A stretch of 64,000 nt of DNA, taken from contig CAWGJT010000005.1 of the NCBI GenBank assembly GCA_963822965.1, positions 288,001-352,000 of the forward strand, given 5' to 3'. Both the position numbers and the translations under genes were made by a program. Of this stretch, positions 1-9,556 are shown in pieces. The notes beneath the pieces are model-generated. The model made no database searches, was not told the DNA's origin, and saw nothing but the letters and a program-made list of their open reading frames with translations. The DNA is from an uncultured delta proteobacterium. Lineage in GTDB: Bacteria; Myxococcota_A; UBA9160; UBA4427. How positions within the stretch are numbered: the stretch's first letter is position 1; the number at the start of each line of letters is the position of its first letter.

Positions 1-2
1 CC

Positions 3-1178
3 GAACCAGGCCTGGGGATCGGCGTGCAGGGCGCTGAGCTCCGAGGCCGGCACGATGCGGAACGCGCGCGTGCGGCTCACCTGCTCTTCGAGCGCCCTCC
101 GCGCCAGCAGCGCCTCGTGCTCGCCCGAGGCGTACACCACCGCGGAGCCGCCGTAGCTGCGCACGAAGGCATCCCAGCTCGCAACCCCCGAGCCGAGGTA
201 CATGGGCGCCAGGGTGATGAGGCCCACGGATTCGAGCACGACGTTCGGGTAGACGATGGTGTGCAGCGGGAAGAGCGCGCGGTCGCCCACGAGCAGGAAC
301 GTCGTGCCCTCGAGGATGCCGGCCGTCTGGAAGCAGTCGACGAGCCGGCCGAGGGCCGCGTCCACGTCCTGGAACGCAGCCCGCGCGCCGTCGCTGCCGG
401 GTCCGTCGCGGGCCAGCGCCACCCCCGTCTCCTCGAAGGTCAGCAGCCAGAGGGCGGGCCGGGTCGGCTGCATGGCGATCTCGCAGGCGAGCCGCTCCAC
501 CAGCACGTCGCGTTGGACCGGGTCCGGCCAGGACACGTCGGCCAGGCCCGGGTCGAGGCGGCGCAGCCGGTCGACGATCCACGGCGTCGCGTCCTGGCTC
601 AGCAGGCCCAGCCAGTTCTGGTCCGGATCACGATCGGGCACGCCCATGTCGGGCAGCAGCAACGGGATGTCCGCATCGCGGGTGAGGGGCCAGTTGAGCG
701 CCGTCACCGAGAGCCCCGTCATCTGGGCCGCACGCCACACCGGCGTCCCGTGGATGCGTCCCGCGCGGGAGATACCACGCACGTGCAGCCCCTGGGGTCC
801 CAGCACTTCGTCGCCCAGCACGCCGTGCCGATCGGGGCGCAGTCCGGTGACGAACGTGGCGTGCACCGGATACAGCGCGGCCGGAAACACGGGCGTCATC
901 GCGTCCGCATAGGCGCCCTCCCGCGCGAGCCGCGCGAGGTTGGGCATCTCGACACCGCGCAGCTGCAGGCCCGCCTGGGGGTCGCCCGCGCCGTACTCGA
1001 CGGGGCGCAGGCCCGCCACGGAGATCAGCACGACGCGCTCGGGCGGGGTGGTGGGGCTCGAGGCGCCGACCCGCACCGTCGCCTCCGCGTCGCCCCGCCC
1101 GGCGCCGCTGCCGACACACGCGACGAGCGCAGCGCACAGGAGCCAGGCGAGCGCCAGCAGGGATCCGCGCAGGCTCAC
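3..1178 (-). CDS. Nucleotide pyrophosphatase/phosphodiesterase (alkaline phosphatase superfamily)-like lipoprotein; runs off the window edge; catalytic residues appear lost
   Basis: Manual translation from GTG at 1178 (GTGA overlap with the upstream stop): MSLRGSLLALAWLLCAALVAC (lipobox-like) ... RVVLISVAGLRP ... MPNLARLAREGAYA ... VFPAALYPVHATFVTG ... LNWPLT ... TTFLLVGDRALFP. Absent from the ORF track because it has no stop in the window. Confidence 0.75.
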   Translation of the reverse strand, partial: MSLRGSLLALAWLLCAALVACVGSGAGRGDAEATVRVGASSPTTPPERVVLISVAGLRPVEYGAGDPQAGLQLRGVEMPNLARLAREGAYADAMTPVFPAALYPVHATFVTGLRPDRHGVLGDEVLGPQGLHVRGISRAGRIHGTPVWRAAQMTGLSVTALNWPLTRDADIPLLLPDMGVPDRDPDQNWLGLLSQDATPWIVDRLRRLDPGLADVSWPDPVQRDVLVERLACEIAMQPTRPALWLLTFEETGVALARDGPGSDGARAAFQDVDAALGRLVDCFQTAGILEGTTFLLVGDRALFPLHTIVYPNVVLESVGLITLAPMYLGSGVASWDAFVRSYGGSAVVYASGEHEALLARRALEEQVSRTRAFRIVPASELSALHADPQAWF

Positions 1179-2296
1179 CGGAAGATTCCCCGCCGCTCCC
1201 GTCGGCCGCGCGCGAACATCGATTCGATCGAGGCCCGCACCACGTCGACGTGCCGCTGGATCACGGCGTCCTCGTCCAGGGGATCGCCCTGGAACCGGAG
1301 CACCTCGCCGAAGTAGAAGTGGTACTTGACCGGCAGCGGCAGCAGGCCCAACGGACCGAGCCATGGAAACGTGGGGGTGATGGGCAAGGCGGGCATGCCC
1401 AGCAGCCTCGCCAGCGACTGCAGGTTCGCGAGCCCCGGCTGCTGCTCCTCGGAGCCGACCAGAGCAACGGGAACGATGGGAGTATCGGTCTGCAGCGCCA
1501 GGCGCAGGAAGCCCAGGCCGAAGCGCTGCAGCTGGTAGCGCTGGGAATAGAGCTTGTTCATGCCGCGGACGCCTTCGGGGAACACCATCACGCACTCGCC
1601 CTGCTCGAGCATGTGGATGCAGTTCTCGCGGGTTCCCACCATGGACCCGGTGCGGGCCGCCATCTCGCTCACGAAGGGCAGCTGCGACACCCAGTACTCC
1701 GCCATCGGTCGCGCGAGGCGGGGCGGGTCGGCCTCCAGGAGCATCGCCATCGCGAGCATCGCGCCGTCGAAGGGCAGCTGGCCGGCGTGGTTGCAGATCA
1801 GCAGCACGCGCCCCTCGGGCACCCGATCGATGTCGTGGGTCTCCACCCGGAAGTAGTGCCGGTACAGCAGCGCCGAAGGCAGTGCCGTGCGGCGGAAGGT
1901 GTCCGGGTGGAAGCCGTAGCGATCGAAGCCGTACTCGTTCAGGCCGATCGGGATCTCGTCGATGCGTCGGTCGATCTCCTGGCCGAGCCGGCGCACCGAC
2001 ATGGGCTGGAAGGCGCCGATCAGATCGGTGAGGGTCCCCCAGAGCCCCCCCGGCGGGCGCTGCGGAGCGTGGACACGAGCCAGGCCGCGGCTCTCGCCCA
2101 CGGTCCGGGGCGGCACTCCGGCCAGGGAGCCGGGGCGTCGAGCGCCGCCCTTTCCCCGTGCCCCACCCTTTCCCTGGGCTCCGGCGGCTCCCTGGGCTCC
2201 GGCGGCTCCCTGGGCTCCGGCGGCTCCCTGGGCTCCGGCGGCCCCGCGCCTCGGCTTCGCTCGCTTCTCGCTCTCCACGTCTTCCACCCGGCTCAT
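1175..2296 (-). CDS. Lysophospholipid/glycerolipid acyltransferase (PlsC-like) with low-complexity N-terminus
   Basis: HX4D-type motif NHAGQLPFD, FPEG, PIVPVA; ATG at 2296 overlaps the upstream stop (ATGA). Confidence 0.85.
   Translation of the reverse strand: MSRVEDVESEKRAKPRRGAAGAQGAAGAQGAAGAQGAAGAQGKGGARGKGGARRPGSLAGVPPRTVGESRGLARVHAPQRPPGGLWGTLTDLIGAFQPMSVRRLGQEIDRRIDEIPIGLNEYGFDRYGFHPDTFRRTALPSALLYRHYFRVETHDIDRVPEGRVLLICNHAGQLPFDGAMLAMAMLLEADPPRLARPMAEYWVSQLPFVSEMAARTGSMVGTRENCIHMLEQGECVMVFPEGVRGMNKLYSQRYQLQRFGLGFLRLALQTDTPIVPVALVGSEEQQPGLANLQSLARLLGMPALPITPTFPWLGPLGLLPLPVKYHFYFGEVLRFQGDPLDEDAVIQRHVDVVRASIESMFARGRRERRGIFR
2171..2242. repeat. 4 x 18-bp perfect tandem repeat (tccctgggctccggcggc) encoding (GAAGAQ)n
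   Basis: Read directly; in frame within the acyltransferase N-terminus. Confidence 0.95.
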
Positions 2297-3210
2297 CGCC
2301 TCACGCTCTCGAAGATCTCGTGCAGACCGTACTGACATCGGAAGCCCGTCGCCTCAACGAACCGCCTTCCGTCGAGAGACACCGGATACTTGAGGAAATC
2401 CAGCAGCCCGGCCGGGTACGGCAGCAGCCCGAAGCGGAACAGGCGACCGAACAGCCAGCGCGCCGGCGGATCGGGAATCGGCCAGGCCGTGCCCCCGGTC
2501 TCCCGGATCGCCGTGTGGACCGGCACCTCGCCCGGACCCACCACGTTGTAGACGCCCCGCAGCTTGTGCTGGGCTGCCAGCGCCACGGCCGCCGCCATGT
2601 CGTCCTCGTGGATGAACTGCATCATCGGATCGAAGCCCAGCACCGTCGGCACCCGCGGCTGCGCCAGGTACTCGCGCACCATCGAGTGCACGTGGGGCCC
2701 CAGGACGTTGACCGGCCGCAGCACGCTCGTGATGAGCTCGGGGTGATGCCAGATGGTGCCCGTCGCCAGGCTGTCGACCTCCACCAGGTCGCGAATCTCG
2801 GGATATGTACGGCTGGCGGAGAGCGGCGCCTCCTCGTCGAGCTGGTAGGGATTCTCGGGGAAGGCGCCGTACACGTAGCCGCTGGAGAGCACCACCACCC
2901 GCTCGACGCCGTACTTCACGCAGTGGTCGAGCAGCGTCCGCGTGCCCCCGACGTTCACCTGATGGCGGACGCGGTCGTCGCCGCGGAAGTGCCGGATGAA
3001 GGCCAGGTGCACCACCACCTGGGGCCGCTCGGTGCGCACCACGTCCTCGAACTTGCGCTTCCGGAGGTCCACCACGTGGGTCTTGATCCCACGGGGGCAG
3101 TTGCGCCAGCGGTGGGAGTCGACACCGGTGACGTCGTAGCGTTCGTGGAGCTGCCGGGCCACGAGCTGGCCCAGGCCGCCCGCGATTCCGGTCAGTAGAA
3201 GTTTTTCCAC
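2293..3210 (-). CDS. NAD-dependent epimerase/dehydratase (extended SDR)
   Basis: LLTGIAGGLG Rossmann motif, VVHLA, NVGGT, SSGYVYG, LRPVNVLG, FIHEDD, GVYNV. Confidence 0.85.
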   Translation of the reverse strand: MEKLLLTGIAGGLGQLVARQLHERYDVTGVDSHRWRNCPRGIKTHVVDLRKRKFEDVVRTERPQVVVHLAFIRHFRGDDRVRHQVNVGGTRTLLDHCVKYGVERVVVLSSGYVYGAFPENPYQLDEEAPLSASRTYPEIRDLVEVDSLATGTIWHHPELITSVLRPVNVLGPHVHSMVREYLAQPRVPTVLGFDPMMQFIHEDDMAAAVALAAQHKLRGVYNVVGPGEVPVHTAIRETGGTAWPIPDPPARWLFGRLFRFGLLPYPAGLLDFLKYPVSLDGRRFVEATGFRCQYGLHEIFESVRR

Positions 3211-3342
3211 TTTGACTCCAGATACTTACGCTTCGTTGGTTGGGCCTGGGCCCGGGAGTTTCGTAATCTACCGCCGAATTTCACCTGGGCACCTCTCTTC
3301 CGGACGCGCCCGGAGGCTTCCGGTCTGCCCCGGAGGGATCTG

Positions 3343-4064
3343 GTGGTCGAGCAATCGCCCCGCTTCGAAGAGCTGAAGGTGTCGCTGCCCGAGCCCGCCT
3401 CGGGCCTCCGCGAGGTCTCCGCGGTGCTCGGCGTCCCCGAATGGTGGCCCACCGGCTCGCGGGTCGCCGTCGCGTTGGCCCACGGCTCCGCCAACAACAT
3501 GGACGATCCCGATCCTGGTCGACATCCACCGCCGGCTGACGGCGCGGAAGTTCCTGAGTCTGCGCTTCAACTTCCCCTTCGGCGAGGCGGGCAAGCGCAG
3601 CGGCACCGACTCCGTGGAGGTGATGGACCGGACGTTTCGCGCGGCCCTGGGCGTGCTCGGCCGCGACCTCAGCCAGGCGCCGGCCCACCTCGTCCTGGGC
3701 GGCAAGGGCACCGGCGCGCGGGCGGCCGCCCACCTGGCCACCGCGCGGCTCCGCATCGCGGGGCTGTTCTTTCTCGGCTTTCCCCTCCATCCCCAGGACA
3801 AGAAGGAGAAGATGCAGGCGGAGAGCCTGTATCCGGATCACCTCGCCGATGCTGTTCATCCAGGGCACGCGGGATCGGCGCTGCGACGTGGACACCCTTC
3901 GGGAGACCCTGCGGCACGTCGGCGCACCCACGCGGCTCCACGTAGTGGAAGAGGCGGACCACAACTTCAAGGTTCCCAAGCGGTCGCTGCGCAACGAGGA
4001 GGAGGTGCGGAACGAGATCTTCCACGTCCTCTCCGACTGGCTGGCCTCGGTGATCGGAGACTGA
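3343..4064 (+). CDS. Small alpha/beta hydrolase (KANL3/Tex30-like), two frameshifts
   Basis: Across three frames: LAHGSANNMD; LRFNFPF; VLGGKGTGAR; LFFLGFPLHP; MLFIQGTRD; EEADHNF. Shifts near 3510 and 3835. Confidence 0.75.
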
Positions 4065-4098
4065 GCAGCCGGGCCCGAGCGCCGCCCGCACGCGGATC

Positions 4099-4418
4099 AT
4101 GACCGACGCGACAGCCCAGAGCTGGCACGACCTGGGACCGGTCGAGCGCTTCGCCGAAGGCAAGCCCCACGGCGGCCGCGTCGGGAACGTCCAGCTGTGC
4201 TTCGGCCGCAGCGGCGACCGCTGGTTCGCGATCGACGACACCTGCCCCCACGCGGGCGGGAGCCTGGCCGAAGGGATGCTCGACGACGACCTCGCCATCT
4301 GCCCCTCCACGCGTACGCGTTCGAGATCGATACCGGACGCTGCCTGGACGATCCCGCCTGCTCGGTTTCGGCCTACCCGGTCCGGGTCCGACAGGGCATC
4401 CTGCAGGTACGGATCTGA
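4099..4418 (+). CDS. Rieske [2Fe-2S] ferredoxin, one frameshift
   Basis: DTCPHAGGSL ... ICP(L)HAYAFEIDTG; the shift falls in a C-run near 4305. Confidence 0.85.
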
Positions 4419-4453
4419 GCCGACCCAGAAGCACCGCCCCCGAGGAGGCATGC

Positions 4454-5200
4454 GTGTCCCAGCCCCAGAACGATTCCGCTCGAGCCCCCGACCCCGCCGG
4501 AGCCCGGGAGAGAGACCTCTACTTCTGCCAGGCCGCGGTGGGCCAGATGGCGAACTTCGCCTACCTGATCGGCAGCCGCTCCGCGCGCGAGGCCCTGCTC
4601 GTAGACCCGGCCTGGGAGGTGGACGCCCTGCTCGACCAGGCGGAGGCCGACGGCATGCAGGTCGTTGGCGCGCTCGTCACCCACTACCACCAGGACCACG
4701 TGGGCGGCTCCCTGTTCGGTCACTCCATCGAGGGGCTCGATCGCCTGATGGAGCGCCGGCCGGTCCCGATCCACGTCAATCGCAACGAGGCGGAGGGCCT
4801 GAAGAAGGTGACCGGGGTGTCCCAGAGCGACCTCGTGATCCACGAGGGAGGGGACGTGGTCGAGGTCGGCGGCATCCGCACGCGCCTGCTGCACACGCCG
4901 GGACACACCCCGGGCTCGCAGTGCTTCCTCGTGGAGGAGGGCGGAAGGCCCGGCCAGCTCGTGTCGGGAGACACGCTCTTCCTGGGCAGCTGCGGGCGCG
5001 TCGATCTGCCGGGAAGCGATCCCGAGGCCATGTACCGCAGCCTGAACGAGACGCTGAAGCAGCTACCGGACGAGACCCTGCTCTTCCCCGGGCACCTCTA
5101 CTCTGCCGAGGGGCAGTCCACGCTGGGCGAGCAGAAGCGCTCGAACCCCTTCCTCCGGGTGACCTCGCTCGAGATGTTCCTGAGCTTCATGGGCGTCTAG
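4454..5200 (+). CDS. MBL-fold metallo-hydrolase (glyoxalase II-like)
   Basis: THYHQDH, HTPGHTPGS, SGDTLF, CGRVDL, FPGH. Confidence 0.9.
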   Translation: MSQPQNDSARAPDPAGARERDLYFCQAAVGQMANFAYLIGSRSAREALLVDPAWEVDALLDQAEADGMQVVGALVTHYHQDHVGGSLFGHSIEGLDRLMERRPVPIHVNRNEAEGLKKVTGVSQSDLVIHEGGDVVEVGGIRTRLLHTPGHTPGSQCFLVEEGGRPGQLVSGDTLFLGSCGRVDLPGSDPEAMYRSLNETLKQLPDETLLFPGHLYSAEGQSTLGEQKRSNPFLRVTSLEMFLSFMGV

Positions 5201-5209
5201 GACGCCGAT

Positions 5210-5799
5210 TCAGAGCCGCCCTGGAGGAGGTCGAGCTACTTCTTCTTGATGGTCGCCTACCAGGATCTCGCCGCGGATCTCGGTCCTGGCCCTGGTGCTG
5301 GGGATTCGCCAGCGCCTGTCCGGGCCGCTTGATGATGTACTGGTAGCGGCCGGGCTTGAGCTCGCAGAAGCTGGCGAACTCGCCGGGGTGGATGGGCTCC
5401 GAGCGGAGCTCGTCCTCGACGATGGAGAAGTTGACGAGGCTGTGGCAGATCATCGAGCGCGCCACCTCGCGCTCGAAGACGATCGTCACGGGCGTGGCCG
5501 AGTAGCTGATCCAGGCCACGAGCTGCCCCTCCTTCAGACGGACGGCCTTGGGGCTGATGCTGTCGTCCGTGATCAGCACGACCTTGTGGCTCGTCTGACG
5601 GTAGTCCGGGCTCAGCTGGGGAATCGTTGCCGGGGGAGTCGTAGGGCATCTCGCTGGGGCGCTCGTCCCCAGCCGCCCTGGCCATTCCGCCCGACAGGAC
5701 GAGCGCCAGCGCGACTGCCAGAAACGGCACGGCTCCAAGCGACCGCCGCCGCTCCGGGCTGCGTTCGCGCGTCCGGTCGAATGCTTCGAGCCTGAACAT
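5210..5799 (-). CDS. Secreted cupredoxin-fold-like protein, frameshifted; 3' end approximate
   Basis: Signal peptide (FLAVALALVLSGGMARA), then ISPKAVRLKEGQLVAWI ... PIHPGEFASF ... KPGRYQYII ... GEILV across frames. Confidence 0.5.
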
Positions 5800-5843
5800 G
5801 GTCGGTCGCCTCCGGCGTGGGAGTCCGGGTGGATCCCCCGGCG

Positions 5844-5852
5844 GTTATACCA
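5844..5852 (-). promoter_or_regulatory. Extended -10 promoter (TG-G-TATAAC) for the cupredoxin-like gene
   Basis: AT-rich TGGTATAAC on the minus strand about 45 nt upstream of the ATG. Confidence 0.55.
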
Positions 5853-6003
5853 TAAAGCTCGCGCGCTTAGGTTCGCCTTCCGCACGTCCGGGCCGGATCG
5901 CGCACGCTGCCGCCACCGGCCCACCGCGCACGGAGCCCTCCGGAGGGGCTCGAAGGGAAAGTCCCTCGGGACCCTCGCAGACCCGCCCCGCCCCGCTTCC
6001 GCG

Positions 6004-6032
6004 TTGAAATCGCCGGACCCGTCTTGTAGGGT
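6004..6032 (+). promoter_or_regulatory. Putative sigma70 promoter for etfBA (TTGAAA-17-TAGGGT)
   Basis: Consensus-like hexamers with a 17-nt spacer. Confidence 0.45.
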
Positions 6033-6355
6033 CTTCGCGCCTCGTCGGGGACCTCGAAGTCCCCCTCGCACTCGACTCGCGCCGAAGGACCGGCCCCACG
6101 CTCCCGACCGCCTCTCCGATCGAGCCAGCACGGAGCCGCGGCGGGAAGCCGAGCCTGCCCCTCGTGCCGGGGAAGCGTCGGGAAGCGCGAGCCCGGCGCG
6201 AGCCGGGTGAGCCGGGAGAGGCGCCGATCACGATCTGCGAGAGCCCGAAGCCGCGCTGAGAGACAGCCCTCTTCCTTCTCGCGTTCTCAGTCCCAGTTCC
6301 CAGTCCCGACCACCCTTTCCCTACCACCCTCACCCAACCCCGGAGGCCACGACCC

Positions 6356-7141
6356 ATGAAGGTCATGGTGTGCCTGAAGCAGGTGCCGCACCAGGATGCC
6401 AAGCTCGACATCCGACCCGACGGAACCTGGATCCAGGAAGACAACATCAAGTTCGAGATCAACAGCTACGACACCTACGCCCTCGAAGAGGCGCTCCGTC
6501 TCAAGGACGCGCGGCCGACACCGAGGTGGTGGTGGTCTCCATCGGTCCGGCCCGGGTCACCCAGGCGCTCCGAACCGCCCTCGGCATGGGCGCCGACCGC
6601 GCCATCCACGTGAACGACCCGGAGGCCGAGACCTCCGACGCACTGGGCGTCGCGAAGATCCTGGCGGCCATCGCCAAGGCCGAGAGCCCGGACATCGTCT
6701 TCACGGGGCTGATGGCCGACGACGGCAACTCCGCCGCCGTGCCGCCGATGCTGGCGGAGCTGATCGACGTGCCCTCCGCCACGGGCGTCGTCCACACGGA
6801 GCTGAAGGACGGCGCCCTCACGGTGGAGCGCGAGCTCGAGGGCGGCGCGCTCGAGGTCGTCGAGCTGCCGACCCCGTGCCTGGTGGCGATCCAGACGGGC
6901 GCCAACCAGGTCCGCTACGCGTCCCTGAAGGGCATCATGCAGGCCAAGAAGAAGCCGGTGGACGTGAAGACCGCCGCGGACCTCGGCGTCTCCGGCCAGG
7001 TCGGCGCGGCGCACGCCAAGGTCCTGCGGGACAAGGTCTATCAGCCCCCGAAGGCCGATCGCGCCGAGATCCTCACGGGCACGCACCGACGAGATCGTTG
7101 CCGGGCTCGTCGGCAAGATCAAGGAGCTCGGCCTCCTCTAG
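6356..7141 (+). CDS. etfB: Electron transfer flavoprotein beta subunit, frameshifted
   Basis: MKVMVCLKQVP, INSYDTYALEEALRLK, ALGMGADRAIH, VERELEGG, RYASLKGIMQAKKKP, KELGLL*. Confidence 0.9.
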
Positions 7142-7243
7142 CACAGCCAGCAGGCGCAGCAAGAGCAGGCAGGCGCAAGAGCAGGCAGGCCAAGAACGGG
7201 CGCTCGGCCTCCCCCAGAGGAGGTCGGCGAAGGAGAAGATCCG

Positions 7244-8211
7244 ATGGGCAACATCCTCGTCGTCACGGAGATCCAGAACGGCAAGATCCGCGAGGCCAGC
7301 TACGAGCTGGCTGACACTCGCCCAGAGCGCTGGGACGGCACGGTCAAGAGCCTGGTGATCGGCAGCGGCATCGACGGCCTCGCCGGCGAGTTCGCCTCCA
7401 AGGGCGGCGGCGAGACGTTCGTGGCCGACGATCCGGCGGCTGGCCAACTACAGCGTCGAGGCCTGGAGCAAGGCCATCCGGGCGGCGGTCGAGGCCGCGG
7501 GCGCGGACCTGGTGCTGCTCTCCAACACCCCGAGCGGCTGGGACGTCGCCCCGCGCGTGGCCGCGGCCCTCGACGCGGCCTTCGTGGCCGACTGCTTCAA
7601 CGCCGAGATGCAGGACGGCAAGCTCGTCGTCTTCCGCCGCGTCTTCAACGGCAAGCTCGACGCCCAGCTCACCTGCGGCCGCGGGCAAGGCGGTGCTCAC
7701 GGTGCAGCCGGGCGCCAAGGCGCCCTTCTCGGGCTCGAGCGACGGCAAGACGACCGCCGCTGTCGGTCGACCTGTCGGGCGCGCGCGCGAAGTTCGTGCG
7801 AGATCAAGGCGGCCGCGGCGAAGGGCATCGACCTCACGAAGGCCGACGTGATCGTCTCCGGCGGCCGCGGGCGTCGGCGACCCCGAGAAGTTCCCCGAGG
7901 TGATCCAGCCCCTGGCCGACGCTCTCGGCGGCGCCATGGGCGCCTCGCGCCCCGTCGTCGACGCGGGCTGGCTGCCCCACGCGTACCAGGTCGGCTCCTC
8001 GGGCCAGGTGGTGACGCCCAAGCTCTACATCGCCTGCGGCATCTCCGGCGCCATCCAGCACCTCGTGGGCATGAAGAACTCGAACTACATCATCGCGATC
8101 AACAAGGATCCGGATGCGCCGATCTTCGAGGTCGCGAACCTCGGCGTCGTGGGCGACCTGTTCGAGGTCGTGCCGGCCCTGACCGAGGCCGTGAAGGCCG
8201 CGAAGGGCTGA
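7244..8211 (+). CDS. etfA: Electron transfer flavoprotein alpha subunit, several frameshifts
   Basis: [60 protein letters not shown]. Confidence 0.9.
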
Positions 8212-8240
8212 GCGCGGCTCGAGCTCGGCGAGGCTCTTCG

Positions 8241-8275
8241 AGAGCCCGCGACGGCACGCCGCCGTCGCGGGCTCT
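8241..8275 (+). terminator. Hairpin after etfA (15-bp stem)
   Basis: agagcccgcgacggc-acgcc-gccgtcgcgggctct; weak U-tail. Confidence 0.55.
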
Positions 8276-8649
8276 CTGCGTTTCGGGAAGTCGCACCGCA
8301 GAGCGTCCGTCCCAGAACGACTCACTCCGCGTCATCCGAGCGACGAAGATGTCAGCGGCCGGTCGACTCCGCATTGACACTGGCGTCCGTCTCCCGCATA
8401 CCACTGGAAGCGGCGCCTTCGACAGCGACGGAGGCGCGGAGAGCGGAGAGGCAGCAGAAACAACTGGGCGGGGTCGACACAGCCGCGCGGTCGATGTCGA
8501 AGTCGCAAGACAACGAACACGAGCGAGAGTCGAGAGAGAGCGACACGGTGCGCCGCACTCGTTGCGGCTGCGGAATCGCCTGCTGACAGACGCCGAGACG
8601 GCTGCGGAAGACCGGTCATCGATCGCGATCGAGACGTGCCCCCGACGAG

Positions 8650-9556
8650 GTGAGCCATTCCTCGGCGTATCGTCTTCATCAACGAGAAGGGAGGCAGCGG
8701 CAAGACCACCCTGGTCGCCAACATCGCCTCCTATCTCGCCTGGAAGCGGGGCCGGCGCACGCTGGCCATCGACATGGATCCCCAGGGCCAGCTGGGCAAG
8801 GTGCTCGGCCTCGAGGTTCGCAGGCCCCGCGGCAGCGCCATCGAGCTGCTGGTCGACAGCCTGCTGGGGAACCCGGGCAGACCCGAGGCACTCGATACGG
8901 GTGCCATGCGCTTCGCGCTTCCCGTCTGCAGCTCGCGCGTTCCGAACCTCGACGTCGTCGTCGCCAACAAGTCCCTCGCGCTGTTCCCGGCCTGGAGCGG
9001 GCCGCAGGCGGACGGTCGCGAGGCCGCCGGGAGCCGAGCCGGAGCGCCGGCTCGCCGCCAATCTCGAGCGGTCCAAGGAGCTTCGGGACTACGACTTCGT
9101 GCTCTTCGACGCGCCGCCTTCCTTCGGTCCGCTCACCCTCTCCGTGCTGCTCGCGTGCGACGAGGTGGTGGTGCCGGTTCCCCTCACCTACCTGGCCCTC
9201 GACGGCTTCGCCGAGCTGCTGCGGACCATCGACCTGGTACACGATCGCTACGGCCACACGAGCCTGCGCGATCGCCATGGTGATTCCCACCTTCTACCGC
9301 CGCACGCGCCTCGCGCACGAGATCCTCGAGAAGCTCGCGGAGCGCTTCCCCAAGGAGATCGCCCAGACGGTGGTCGGCTACCACGTGAAGATCGACGAGG
9401 CCCAGTCGCGCGGGCCTCTCGATCTTCGAGTACGCGCCCCGGGACCGGGGAGCGCGGGCCATGGCCGCGCTCGCCGAGGAGCTCGAGGAGCGAGGGCGCG
9501 AGCAGGAGCACGAAGCGGCGCGAGCCGTCACCCCCCGGCGAGGAGACGTCCGATGA
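8650..9556 (+). CDS. Orphan ParA/Soj-family ATPase, frameshifted
   Basis: RIVFINEKGGSGKTT (deviant Walker A), IDMDPQGQL, YDFVLFDAPPS, PVPLTYLALDG, TFYRRTRLA, VKIDEAQSRG; no parB adjacent. Confidence 0.85.

Noticed and set aside
5950..5975. gggaaagtcc resembling RNase P RNA P4
   Set aside because: Not GAGGAAAGUCC, and the 3' P4 partner sequence was not found.
7159..7190. 16-bp direct repeat gcaagagcaggcaggc between etfB and etfA
   Set aside because: Only two copies in low-complexity intergenic sequence; likely slippage.
8374..8586. 70-aa ORF and TTGACA upstream of parA
   Set aside because: The ORF lacks codon bias and an RBS; no well-spaced -10 accompanies the TTGACA.
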